From Terriglobia bacterium (GTDB lineage Bacteria > Acidobacteriota > Terriglobia > 20CM-2-55-15), in assembly GCA_963664115.2 (NCBI GenBank), contig CAXWPJ010000009.1, positions 928,001-992,000 of the forward strand: 64,000 nucleotides of DNA. The letters are read 5' to 3'. The notes beneath the pieces are model-generated. The model was given only the letters and a program-made list of their open reading frames with translations, did no database searches and was not told the DNA's origin. The position numbers were made by a program, and so were the translations under genes. Shown here piece after piece: positions 9,255 through 17,168 of the stretch (positions are counted from its first letter, which is position 1; each line of letters opens with the position of its first letter).

Positions 9255-9626
9255 ATGCGTTTAGGATTCTCTCTCGCAGTCGGCGTGAGCGTTCTCGCGC
9301 TGTCGCTTTTGGCCGTTCCGGCGATTGCCCACCACGGTTGGGGCGGAAACCAGAGCGAGGAATTTGAAATCACGGGCACACTTCACAGGGCCGTGAGCCT
9401 TGCCGGACCGCACGCGACAATGCAGTTGATGGTCGAAGGCCAGGTGTGGGACGTCACTTTGGCACCGCCCGCTCGCACCAGTCGTTCGGGCCTGACTGAA
9501 GACATCATTCCGGTCGGGGCCGAGGTCACGCTACATGGTCACCGCAACCGCACGAGGTTCGAGGTCAAGACCGAACGTGTGATGTGGAACGGGCAGACGT
9601 TCGCCGTATATCCCAACCGCCAGTAA
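9255..9626 (+). CDS. DUF6152-like small exported protein (copy 3)
   Basis: RBS GAGGAG; AIA|HHGW; GPH in place of NPH. Confidence 0.85.
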   Translation: MRLGFSLAVGVSVLALSLLAVPAIAHHGWGGNQSEEFEITGTLHRAVSLAGPHATMQLMVEGQVWDVTLAPPARTSRSGLTEDIIPVGAEVTLHGHRNRTRFEVKTERVMWNGQTFAVYPNRQ

Positions 9627-9939
9627 ATTACTAATTGATGGTGTGGCTGGAAGTCGCCACCTTCGACCACGCCATCTTACTCTTGCCAGACCGACCCGTA
9701 GGTGCGCTTCGCACCGCAAGTCTGACAAGCCCAAATCTCGGCCAGGATTAGCCTCTCATTATTGGCGAATCGGAAAACGATTCGGGCGAAAGTCAGATTA
9801 TCGTTGTTCAGAACTGTTACGAAAATATGGTGTAAGTCCCTCAGGATCAGTCCAGGCGTTTCGGGCCCTCTTCCGCAGTATCGGGAGCGCGAAACTGCTT
9901 ATTTTCATCATTCGCCGGGTGAGCCACACTCATGAAGTC

Positions 9940-9978
9940 TGGTTTGAAGAACTGACCGAACGGGTGCCGGTGCCATAG
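9940..9978 (+). pseudogene. 3' stub of Ser/Thr kinase (WFEELTERVPVP*)
   Basis: Matches the kinase C-terminus. Confidence 0.8.
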
Positions 9979-9987
9979 TTTTTGAGT

Positions 9988-10004
9988 TCAAGTCCTGTTA
10001 AATC
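9988..10004 (+). repeat. Left half of site D (split by IS1111-like element)
   Basis: TCAAGTCCTGTTAA-ATC; the matching right half resumes at 13396. Confidence 0.85.
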
Positions 10005-10028
10005 GCAGTATGAAAGGACGCCCCTAGA

Positions 10029-11875
10029 CCCAAAACAAGCGCATAACCAGTCCGCCGAGGCCCAGTTCGCGCCGATAGAATTCGAGGCATAGAATCCCGT
10101 TCCCGGATGGCCTGTTCCAGGTATCGAGTTTCTGTTGAATCTGTTTCAGTTCAGCCTCGCTGGTGTTGGACGGTTGACAGAAACCGGGACCTCGATCGCC
10201 CGGGCTCAGAGTCATGATCGGGTCAACATCGCAGAGGCTGACGCAACACATCCACCCCGCGGAACAAGACCGGCAACCACCGGTTCCAGGCCAGGATCCG
10301 GAACAGAATGCGCCGCCCGGTGCGCACGAGTTGGCACGGCACAAGCATGAAAGCGTTCAAGAAGGTTTTGAACTCCATGCGCAGCACGGTTTGCTTCTCA
10401 GCCTGATATTTTTGGCCCCAACGTCCGGTTTCGGGAAGCAGCAATGCAAACCACGCTTTCAGTGTCCAGGCCAGTGACGCGATCACCATGTAGGCCCAGT
10501 TGCTGGTCTGATCTCCGACCGGCATCCGCAACGCCTGAACGCCGTTCTTCAACTGCTCAATGAGATTCTCCTGATTGCACCGTTGATTGGCACGCATCAC
10601 AATCTGGTCGGCCGGATCCGAACGGTTGGTAATGTAGAAGAAGTACCGGATGTCGTCAAACAACACCTGCTCTCCTTTGGCCACCGACAGATTCTTCCGC
10701 ACCACGACGACACGGTAGTCCCGATCGCAGGCTCCGGGTCGATACCGAAACTCGGCCACATCCTCACCCTGCAAGCGGATATTGTCGAAACCGCGCTGCC
10801 GAACGATCTCTTCCTTCACGTTGTCGGGACGTTGGCGCGGTTCGGTCGCCACGTCGTATTTCGCGGGCCGTTCCAGGCGCTTCCACTGGCGCGGCTCCAG
10901 TTCATCGGCCCGGGCCTTCAGGTTCGCCATCGCGTCAATCCCGAATATGAAACCCACCTGCTGGTCGTCCCATCCGTCCAGATGCCGGGTCTGGCTGAAG
11001 TCCGTGTCCCCGCGCAGCAGGATCTGGCGAAACCCCGCATGCCGGCACAATGCGATGGCTTGGTCGAACCGGACCGCGGCTCCTTCATGCGACGGCCGGT
11101 TGCCGCTACGATTGACCAGATACAGCGGTTCGGCGGTGTTGGCCAGCGAGATCATCAGCGGGTGATATCCCCACGTCCCGTCGTAGGCCACGTCCATCCC
11201 TTGCTTGCATTCCCCCGTGGTTTCGGCCAGTGTCCCGTCCGCGTCCAACACCGCTTCTTCGAAAAACGCCGCCGGTTGCTGTCGCCAGACTCCGAGCCGG
11301 ACTTGATTGGTTGCCTCCATCAGACACTCCACGTCGTCGGCCTCGAATCTTCGGCAGAAGTCTCCCGCCGTCGTCGGATCCGGAATCCGTTGCGCTCCCA
11401 GCGCATCCAGATACACCGCATCGTTGCGCCGCAGTTCGATGTCTTCCAGGCACGTTCCTCCGCTCAAGGCGTTGTAGGCGATGTTCAGCACGTGATCCGA
11501 CTCGTGATACGGCAGGTGCCGCTTCAACACATGCACGCCCTTGTCGATGGCTTCGATCAGCCCGGTCCGCCGCGCCACCCGTTGCATCGTCCCGATACCA
11601 CCAACCGATGTGCCCCGCGTCCGCTCTCCCATCTCGTACTGAATGTTGCTCGCCGAAAACATCGGCTCTACCTGATCCGTCCAATGCCGGTCCCCAAGCC
11701 GACGTTCGATTCGCCGCTTGCGGTTCCTCATGTTCTTGCGCGTATAATCGTTCATCTGAAATGCCTCCTTTTCCGAAGAATCTGTTCAAGGTTTTTTTCG
11801 CACGGAGAGGGGGCATTTCGGGTACTTCCGCTCTTATTGCACTATCATTTCCTCGTCAATCACGCTTGTTCAGGG
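10029..11875 (-). mobile_element. IS1380-family element, copy 1 (1847 bp)
   Basis: IRs CCCAAAACAAGCG and CGCTTGTTCAGGG; 6-bp direct repeat CCTAGA on both sides. Confidence 0.92.
10223..11755 (-). CDS. IS1380-family transposase
   Basis: LDADGT, GYHPL, LRGDTDF, R..QENLIEQLK, N.A motifs. Confidence 0.92.
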   Translation of the reverse strand: MNDYTRKNMRNRKRRIERRLGDRHWTDQVEPMFSASNIQYEMGERTRGTSVGGIGTMQRVARRTGLIEAIDKGVHVLKRHLPYHESDHVLNIAYNALSGGTCLEDIELRRNDAVYLDALGAQRIPDPTTAGDFCRRFEADDVECLMEATNQVRLGVWRQQPAAFFEEAVLDADGTLAETTGECKQGMDVAYDGTWGYHPLMISLANTAEPLYLVNRSGNRPSHEGAAVRFDQAIALCRHAGFRQILLRGDTDFSQTRHLDGWDDQQVGFIFGIDAMANLKARADELEPRQWKRLERPAKYDVATEPRQRPDNVKEEIVRQRGFDNIRLQGEDVAEFRYRPGACDRDYRVVVVRKNLSVAKGEQVLFDDIRYFFYITNRSDPADQIVMRANQRCNQENLIEQLKNGVQALRMPVGDQTSNWAYMVIASLAWTLKAWFALLLPETGRWGQKYQAEKQTVLRMEFKTFLNAFMLVPCQLVRTGRRILFRILAWNRWLPVLFRGVDVLRQPLRC

Positions 11876-11960
11876 CCTAGACTGGGGGTTGTTGAGAGAA
11901 GACTCACTCAACAACCTGATCAACGTATACAGCGTTGATCCCAGAAAAGGAGCGTTCGAG

Positions 11961-13025
11961 ATGAAACAAGACAAGTATATGGGTATGGATGTGCACCAGG
12001 CAACGACGGTGGTTGCGGTGAGAGACGGGAGCGGCAAACTGGTGTTTGAAACGATCGTGGAAACCGAGGCGGGGAGTATCACACGGCTGCTGGAGGGATT
12101 GAGTGGGCCGATGCACGTGGGGTTGGAGGAGACCACGCAAGCGGGCTGGTTATCGGAAGTGATCCGGCCGTGGGTGAGCGAGGTGGTGGTGTGCGATCCG
12201 CGACAGAACAAGTGGATGCAAGAAGGGTCGAAGGGGGATAAGCCGGATGCGCGGAAGCTGGCCGAGCTGTTGCGGGTGGGACTGTTGCGCTCGGTGTATC
12301 ACGGCCATGAAGCGACGCGAGAATTGAAGCAACTGGTGCAGGCCTATGACACGTTCCAGTTGGACACGCAACGGGTGATGTCGCGGATCAAAGCGATATA
12401 CCGGGGACGGGGGATCCCGACACCGAAGGACGGAGTCTATCGGCCGAGTCAGCGCGAACAGTGGTTGGAGAAGCTGACCGAGCCGGGGATGAGGCAGCGC
12501 GCCCGATGGTTGTATGCGGAACTGGACCAGGTCCAGTTGCTGCGGAAACAATCCAGAAAAGCGGTGCGAGTGGAGGGCCGGCACCATGAGGCGGTGAAAC
12601 TGCTCGAGACCATTCCACAACTGGGACCGGTTCGGGCGGCACAGATCGTCGCCATCGTGGACACGCCGTACCGATTCCGCACGACACCGCAGTTCTGGAG
12701 CTACAGTGGCCTGGGTGTGGTGACCCACATGAGCGCGGAGTATGAGATGCAGAGTGGACGTGTGGTGCGACGGAGGAAACCGGTGGCCACACGCGGATTG
12801 AATGCGAACTGCAACCGGCGATTGAAGTCGGTGTTCTTCTCAGCCGCGGCATCGGGAAAACAAAGCGAGCCGTATCGGATTTATCTGGAGAGTCTCCAGA
12901 TGCGTGGGATGCGGGAGGAAATGGCGCGGGTCACTCTGGCCCGTAAGATCGCCGCACTGGTGCTGACGCTTTGGAAGAAAGGAGAATCGTTCGATCCAAA
13001 GAAACTGAGCTGGATGACAACATAA
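11961..13025 (+). CDS. IS110-family transposase/recombinase
   Basis: GMDVH, E, K.DK.DA (DEDD RuvC-like domain), TIPQLG, SYSGL, LARK; RBS AAGGAG. Confidence 0.92.
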   Translation: MKQDKYMGMDVHQATTVVAVRDGSGKLVFETIVETEAGSITRLLEGLSGPMHVGLEETTQAGWLSEVIRPWVSEVVVCDPRQNKWMQEGSKGDKPDARKLAELLRVGLLRSVYHGHEATRELKQLVQAYDTFQLDTQRVMSRIKAIYRGRGIPTPKDGVYRPSQREQWLEKLTEPGMRQRARWLYAELDQVQLLRKQSRKAVRVEGRHHEAVKLLETIPQLGPVRAAQIVAIVDTPYRFRTTPQFWSYSGLGVVTHMSAEYEMQSGRVVRRRKPVATRGLNANCNRRLKSVFFSAAASGKQSEPYRIYLESLQMRGMREEMARVTLARKIAALVLTLWKKGESFDPKKLSWMTT

Positions 13026-13089
13026 GCCGTTTCGATCCGTGACCGGTAGAGCCGTACTGAGTCGTTAGACGGAGTCGGAACAACTGAGG

Positions 13090-13217
13090 ATCGAGGGTGA
13101 GGATCTGCACAAGATGTGGTCCCTGGATACGTCCAGAGGACACTTTTAAATCTCTATCCCCCCTCGCACGACCTGAAACAGCGATAGCCTTCGAGGCTCA
13201 GATAGATCCATGGTCGG
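13090..13217 (+). ncRNA. Candidate bridge/seek RNA core (two internal-loop stem-loops)
   Basis: Loop 1 carries ACAAGATG and TTAAATC (match the target site); loop 2 carries AAACAGCGAT and ATAGATC (match the IS junction). Confidence 0.65.
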
Positions 13218-13395
13218 CACATGCCGTCCCATATGCTGTTCAGTTTCTGAATCGACCGTCTTAAAGATGTACGATTTCGCTCCGGATTGCCGGAACCAGG
13301 GCTTCACATAACGGTAGAGGGGCTGGCTGTCACGACAAAAGTGTCCGTCTGGCCGGCCATCGGGGAGCTGTTTCTCTTGACATCCCCTTTCATAG

Positions 13396-13417
13396 ATCAT
13401 CTTGTCGGACCTTGAGA
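13396..13417 (+). repeat. Right half of site D
   Basis: ATCATC-TTGTCGGACCTTGAGA. Confidence 0.85.
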
Positions 13418-13521
13418 TTCCCACCGTCGGAAAGACACGCGCCATTGCATCCCCTAATTCGTCCATTTCCAGTGTTTAACTGGTTCGCCGATCAGATAGA
13501 TGCTTTCGGATCAATTCCGCA

Positions 13522-14250
13522 ATGCCATTAGGAGAACTTCCATATGACCGACTTGAGCCTCTCGTTCGCCACTATCTTTCAACGGAGGAGGACGAATCGA
13601 CAGCCGAACTGATTCAGCGAATGCGAGCTGCCAAGAGACGTGGTTGGCTCACGCGGTCGGAACTCGAGGCAGTATGCTATTGGAAATCGCCAAGGGTAAT
13701 CGGGCATATTCGGGCGAACACGCCGGGGCAGATCCGCTCCGCCACTAGGGTCGCTCTTCGCACTCGAAGTGAACGCCTCCGACTTGAAAACCTCACCCAA
13801 CTAAAAGGCGTGTCGGTTCCCATGGCCTCAGCGGTCCTCATGCTGCTAAATCCTAAACGCTACGGTGTGATCGACATCAGAGTTTGGCAGTTGCTGCACG
13901 AATTGGGAACAATCAAACAGAACGCATCAGGTGTCGGCTTTGGGTTCAACAACTGGTACCAATATCTGATGATAATTCGATATCTCGCAAAGAAACTTAA
14001 CGTCACGGCACGGAATATCGAACGGGCACTCTTCCTGGCACACCAAGGAGAATCAACAGGGCCGGTTATACAAGTAGATCACCTGTTCGACGAGGTGAAC
14101 CACAGCCTATTGAGTCGTCGAATCTGGAACGAAAAAGAGAGGTCAAGTCCTGACAAATCATCTTCTCGGACGTTGAGATTTCATTGCCTGCTATCCCACT
14201 CCTTCTATAGACTGCCCCTAGTATTACTATGTTATGTAGAATCGAAGTAA
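13522..14250 (+). CDS. Hypothetical helix-hairpin-helix (HhH-GPD-like) protein, C-terminus probably frameshifted
   Basis: WKSPR, LKGVSVPMASAVL, YGVIDIRVW, R.IERALF; ORF runs through site F into an IS end, while another frame ends ENQQGRLYK* near 14077. Confidence 0.65.
   Translation: MPLGELPYDRLEPLVRHYLSTEEDESTAELIQRMRAAKRRGWLTRSELEAVCYWKSPRVIGHIRANTPGQIRSATRVALRTRSERLRLENLTQLKGVSVPMASAVLMLLNPKRYGVIDIRVWQLLHELGTIKQNASGVGFGFNNWYQYLMIIRYLAKKLNVTARNIERALFLAHQGESTGPVIQVDHLFDEVNHSLLSRRIWNEKERSSPDKSSSRTLRFHCLLSHSFYRLPLVLLCYVESK
14143..14178 (+). repeat. Dispersed quasi-palindromic site, copy F
   Basis: TCAAGTCCTGACAA-ATCATC-TTCTCGGACGTTGAGA. Confidence 0.9.
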
Positions 14251-15590
14251 AGTTTCCTGAATTTACTGCCGCAACACGTGCAGGAGCCTGTCGACCTCAC
14301 CAGCCAGGGCCGGATCACCCGGAGAATCCGTTCCCAGGTGACACCAGAAGTTTTTTTTGGTGCGCAGGTAAACGGTGAGAATGAACAAGTAGGCAATGGC
14401 GGCCAACACCAGATGGTGGTGAAAGCCTCGCCAGGAACGACCTTCGAAGTGATCCAGGCCTAAATCATCCTTTGAGCGCTGGAAGTATTGCTCGATCTGC
14501 CAACGTGAGCGACTCAATTTGAGACATCGGGCTCGTCTGGGCGCTGTGTGGAAGTGCGCGAGATAGTAATGGTATGGCTCCGCATCGCCAGCCGGCCAGT
14601 CCACCACTAACCAGATCTGTTCGATGGATCCGTTCTGATGACGGAGGTTGTGCTGCAGGAACACTTCAAGCCATGCGATGCGTGTGGTACGGGTTTGACC
14701 GCCGGCTGTGGTCCAGGAGCAATCCTTCCATTGTTTGGAAGAGAGACTGGCCGCCAGCTGCTTTAACGTTTGTGACGGCGGCGTCCCCGGCACGACATGG
14801 CGCCGTTTCTGTTTCATGACCGTCTGAACTTCATGATCCCAGCCTTTGTGCTTGCCCGGATCCACCTGCAGAAAGAACTCCAGATTCAGATCGCGGAGGC
14901 GCTTGCGAAACCGCGCGTTGTCTCCGTAGACGGCGTCTGCCAGAACCGGAGCCGCCGGAATCCCATCCCGCAGAAGATGCTCCATCAGTTCCACCGCGAT
15001 CATGGGCTTCGTGGCGAAGGGGATGTCTTCGGGGACCCCCACCTGGTGACACCGTGCGCGATCACCGGCCCAGATTTCCGGCAGGTAGAGGCGACCGGCT
15101 ACAGGCGCCGCGATCCACCCGTCGCTGACCGCCACCTCCACACTCACCTGGCAGTTGGCTTTTTTACCCACTGCACCACAATACTGACGCGCCACGCCAA
15201 CCGAGTGCCGACCCTGTTTCAGCCAGCCGGTTTCGTCCACGATCCATGCTTCGATCGGTTCCAGGCTTGGAATCACTTCGCGACGTATGGCCGTCCACAT
15301 CGCCTCGTCACTCCATGGACTATCGGTGACGAACTGCTGCAGGCTTTGCGAATTCACCCCCAGCCGCTCCGCCATGGGTTCGATCGACTTGCGTTGGCCC
15401 GGGATCAGCAGGCCTTCGATATATCGTGTCGCCGCAACGCGCCGCTCTGTCCGTCCTACCGTCGCCGTCAGCGAGGTCATAAACCCGGTGAATTCCCTGA
15501 CGCTGTTCTTCCAGATCTTCTGATTCCATTCCATGACCACATCGTAATTCACAAGTCACGGAATCACAAGATTTACTTAACATAGTAATA
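14222..15590 (-). mobile_element. IS701-family element
   Basis: IRs TATTACTATGTTA and TAACATAGTAATA, each bounded by CTAG. Confidence 0.9.
14263..15552 (-). CDS. IS701-family transposase
   Basis: RKSIEPMA, IVDETG..KQG.HSVGV.RQYCG..GK.ANCQ, ADA.YG, RWQIEQ, GLDHFEGRSW.G.HHH. Confidence 0.93.
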   Translation of the reverse strand: MNYDVVMEWNQKIWKNSVREFTGFMTSLTATVGRTERRVAATRYIEGLLIPGQRKSIEPMAERLGVNSQSLQQFVTDSPWSDEAMWTAIRREVIPSLEPIEAWIVDETGWLKQGRHSVGVARQYCGAVGKKANCQVSVEVAVSDGWIAAPVAGRLYLPEIWAGDRARCHQVGVPEDIPFATKPMIAVELMEHLLRDGIPAAPVLADAVYGDNARFRKRLRDLNLEFFLQVDPGKHKGWDHEVQTVMKQKRRHVVPGTPPSQTLKQLAASLSSKQWKDCSWTTAGGQTRTTRIAWLEVFLQHNLRHQNGSIEQIWLVVDWPAGDAEPYHYYLAHFHTAPRRARCLKLSRSRWQIEQYFQRSKDDLGLDHFEGRSWRGFHHHLVLAAIAYLFILTVYLRTKKNFWCHLGTDSPGDPALAGEVDRLLHVLRQ

Positions 15591-15594
15591 CTAG

Positions 15595-17132
15595 GAGCCT
15601 GCGCGGCAGAAGGACCGAAATTGGGCGGATAAAGATCGAAGATAGGTCATGGCACGAACCTATCGGACTTATCGCCCAGAACAAACACTGCTGATACCAC
15701 CGTCGTTGAGAGATTGGTTGGCCGAAGATCACCTGTCGTACTTCATATCGGACGTGGTGGACGCGATGGATTTGAGCGCGTTCGAACAGCGGTATGGAAC
15801 CGACGGTCCGGGCAATCAGGCGTTTGATCCGCGGATGATGGTGAAGGTGTTGATTTATGGGTACGCGACCGGAGTGTTCTCGTCCAGGAAGATCGCGGCG
15901 AAGTTGACCGACGACGTGGCGTTCCGGATGTTGGGAGCGGAGAACTTTCCGGCGCACCGAACGATCTCGGATTTTCGCAAACTGCATCTTGAGGAGTTCG
16001 GAAACCTGTTTGTGCAAGTGGTGATGATGGCGCGGGAAGCGGGACTGGTGAAGATGGGAACCGTGGCGGTGGACGGGACCAAGATGCGGGCGAATGCAAG
16101 CAAACGCAAAGCGATGAGCTATGAACGGATGAAGAAGCAGGAGACCGAATTGGGTGAACAGATTCGGGATCTGTTGAACCGGGCCGAGGCGACCGATGAG
16201 GACGAAGACCAGCGATACGGCAAGGACCGGCGCGGAGACGAACTGCCCGAGGGGTTGTCGACCCGCAAGAAGCGATTGGCCACGATACAGGCGGCCATGA
16301 AGCGGCTCGAAGAACGTCAGATGGCCGCGGACAAGGAAGCGGGACGGAACACCAAAGATCACAAACCCGGATGCGGAAAGAAGCCATTCAAACGTCCCAT
16401 GGGGGAACCTAAACCTACGGCCCAGGACAACTTCACCGACCCGGAAAGCCGGATCATGAAGACCTCCACCGAAGGGTTCCAGCAATGCTACAACGCGCAA
16501 GCGGTGGTGGATTTCCAGGCCCGGATCATCGTGGCAACAACGGTGACTGACAATGCATCGGATGTGGGGCAGTTGGAACCCACGCTGGATGCGTTGAGCG
16601 ACAATCTGGGGGAGCGTCCCGACCGCGTACTGGCCGATGCGGGATATCGATCCGAGTCAAATCTGGGGATGTTGGAACAACGTCAGATTGACGGGTATGT
16701 GGCGATGGGTCGCGAGAAGGATCTCGCCCGTGCCCCACTCCCACCCAAAGACACCGCTGTTGGTCGGATGATGAGAAAGATGAAAACCAAGCGTGGGCGT
16801 GACCGCTACCGGGCCCGAAAGCACATTGGTGAGCCGCCCTTCGGGTGGATCAAGTCGCTGCTCGGATTCCGACAGTTCAGTCTACGCGGTTTGGACAACG
16901 TGACCGGGGAGTGGAATCTGGTCACTCTGGCGGTGAACTTACGACGGATGAATGGGAAGATCGAATGGGCATAATCCGGAAAACCGCAACCCGGCAGACC
17001 CGATACACGGCCAATTGGGGGGTGTCCGTACAACTCTGAATTCGTCGTATCGGAAGAATCGGTCGGTTCTCCTCCGAAGACCCTCTCAAATCCCAATCAA
17101 TCCGAGTTCTTTGCGCTCTGCCGCGCAGACTC
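15595..17132 (+). mobile_element. IS1182-family element
   Basis: IRs GAGCCTGCGCGGCAGA and TCTGCCGCGCAGACTC, flanked by CTAG on both sides. Confidence 0.9.
15649..16974 (+). CDS. IS1182-family transposase
   Basis: SSRKI, P.HRTISDFR, VDGTK..ANAS, TDPESRIMK, YNAQ, ADAGY, F.LRGL. Confidence 0.93.
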   Translation: MARTYRTYRPEQTLLIPPSLRDWLAEDHLSYFISDVVDAMDLSAFEQRYGTDGPGNQAFDPRMMVKVLIYGYATGVFSSRKIAAKLTDDVAFRMLGAENFPAHRTISDFRKLHLEEFGNLFVQVVMMAREAGLVKMGTVAVDGTKMRANASKRKAMSYERMKKQETELGEQIRDLLNRAEATDEDEDQRYGKDRRGDELPEGLSTRKKRLATIQAAMKRLEERQMAADKEAGRNTKDHKPGCGKKPFKRPMGEPKPTAQDNFTDPESRIMKTSTEGFQQCYNAQAVVDFQARIIVATTVTDNASDVGQLEPTLDALSDNLGERPDRVLADAGYRSESNLGMLEQRQIDGYVAMGREKDLARAPLPPKDTAVGRMMRKMKTKRGRDRYRARKHIGEPPFGWIKSLLGFRQFSLRGLDNVTGEWNLVTLAVNLRRMNGKIEWA

Positions 17133-17168
17133 CTAGCCTTCTAAACACTGTTCTGGCAACCCGTAATT

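Larger units (their letters stand above)
10005..13395 (+). mobile_element. IS110-family (IS1111-type) element with IS1380 nested in its left end
   Basis: Sub-terminal IRs TATGAAAGG (10009-10017) and CCTTTCATA (13386-13394); ATC core on both flanks; long downstream non-coding region; TTGACA near the right end. Confidence 0.85.

Noticed and set aside
9640-9685. Possible second tRNA-like remnant on the minus strand
   Set aside because: Only loose similarity to a D arm; no anticodon stem can be built
10583-11938. 451-aa plus-strand ORF (and its twin at 36116-37483)
   Set aside because: Antisense shadow of the IS1380 transposase
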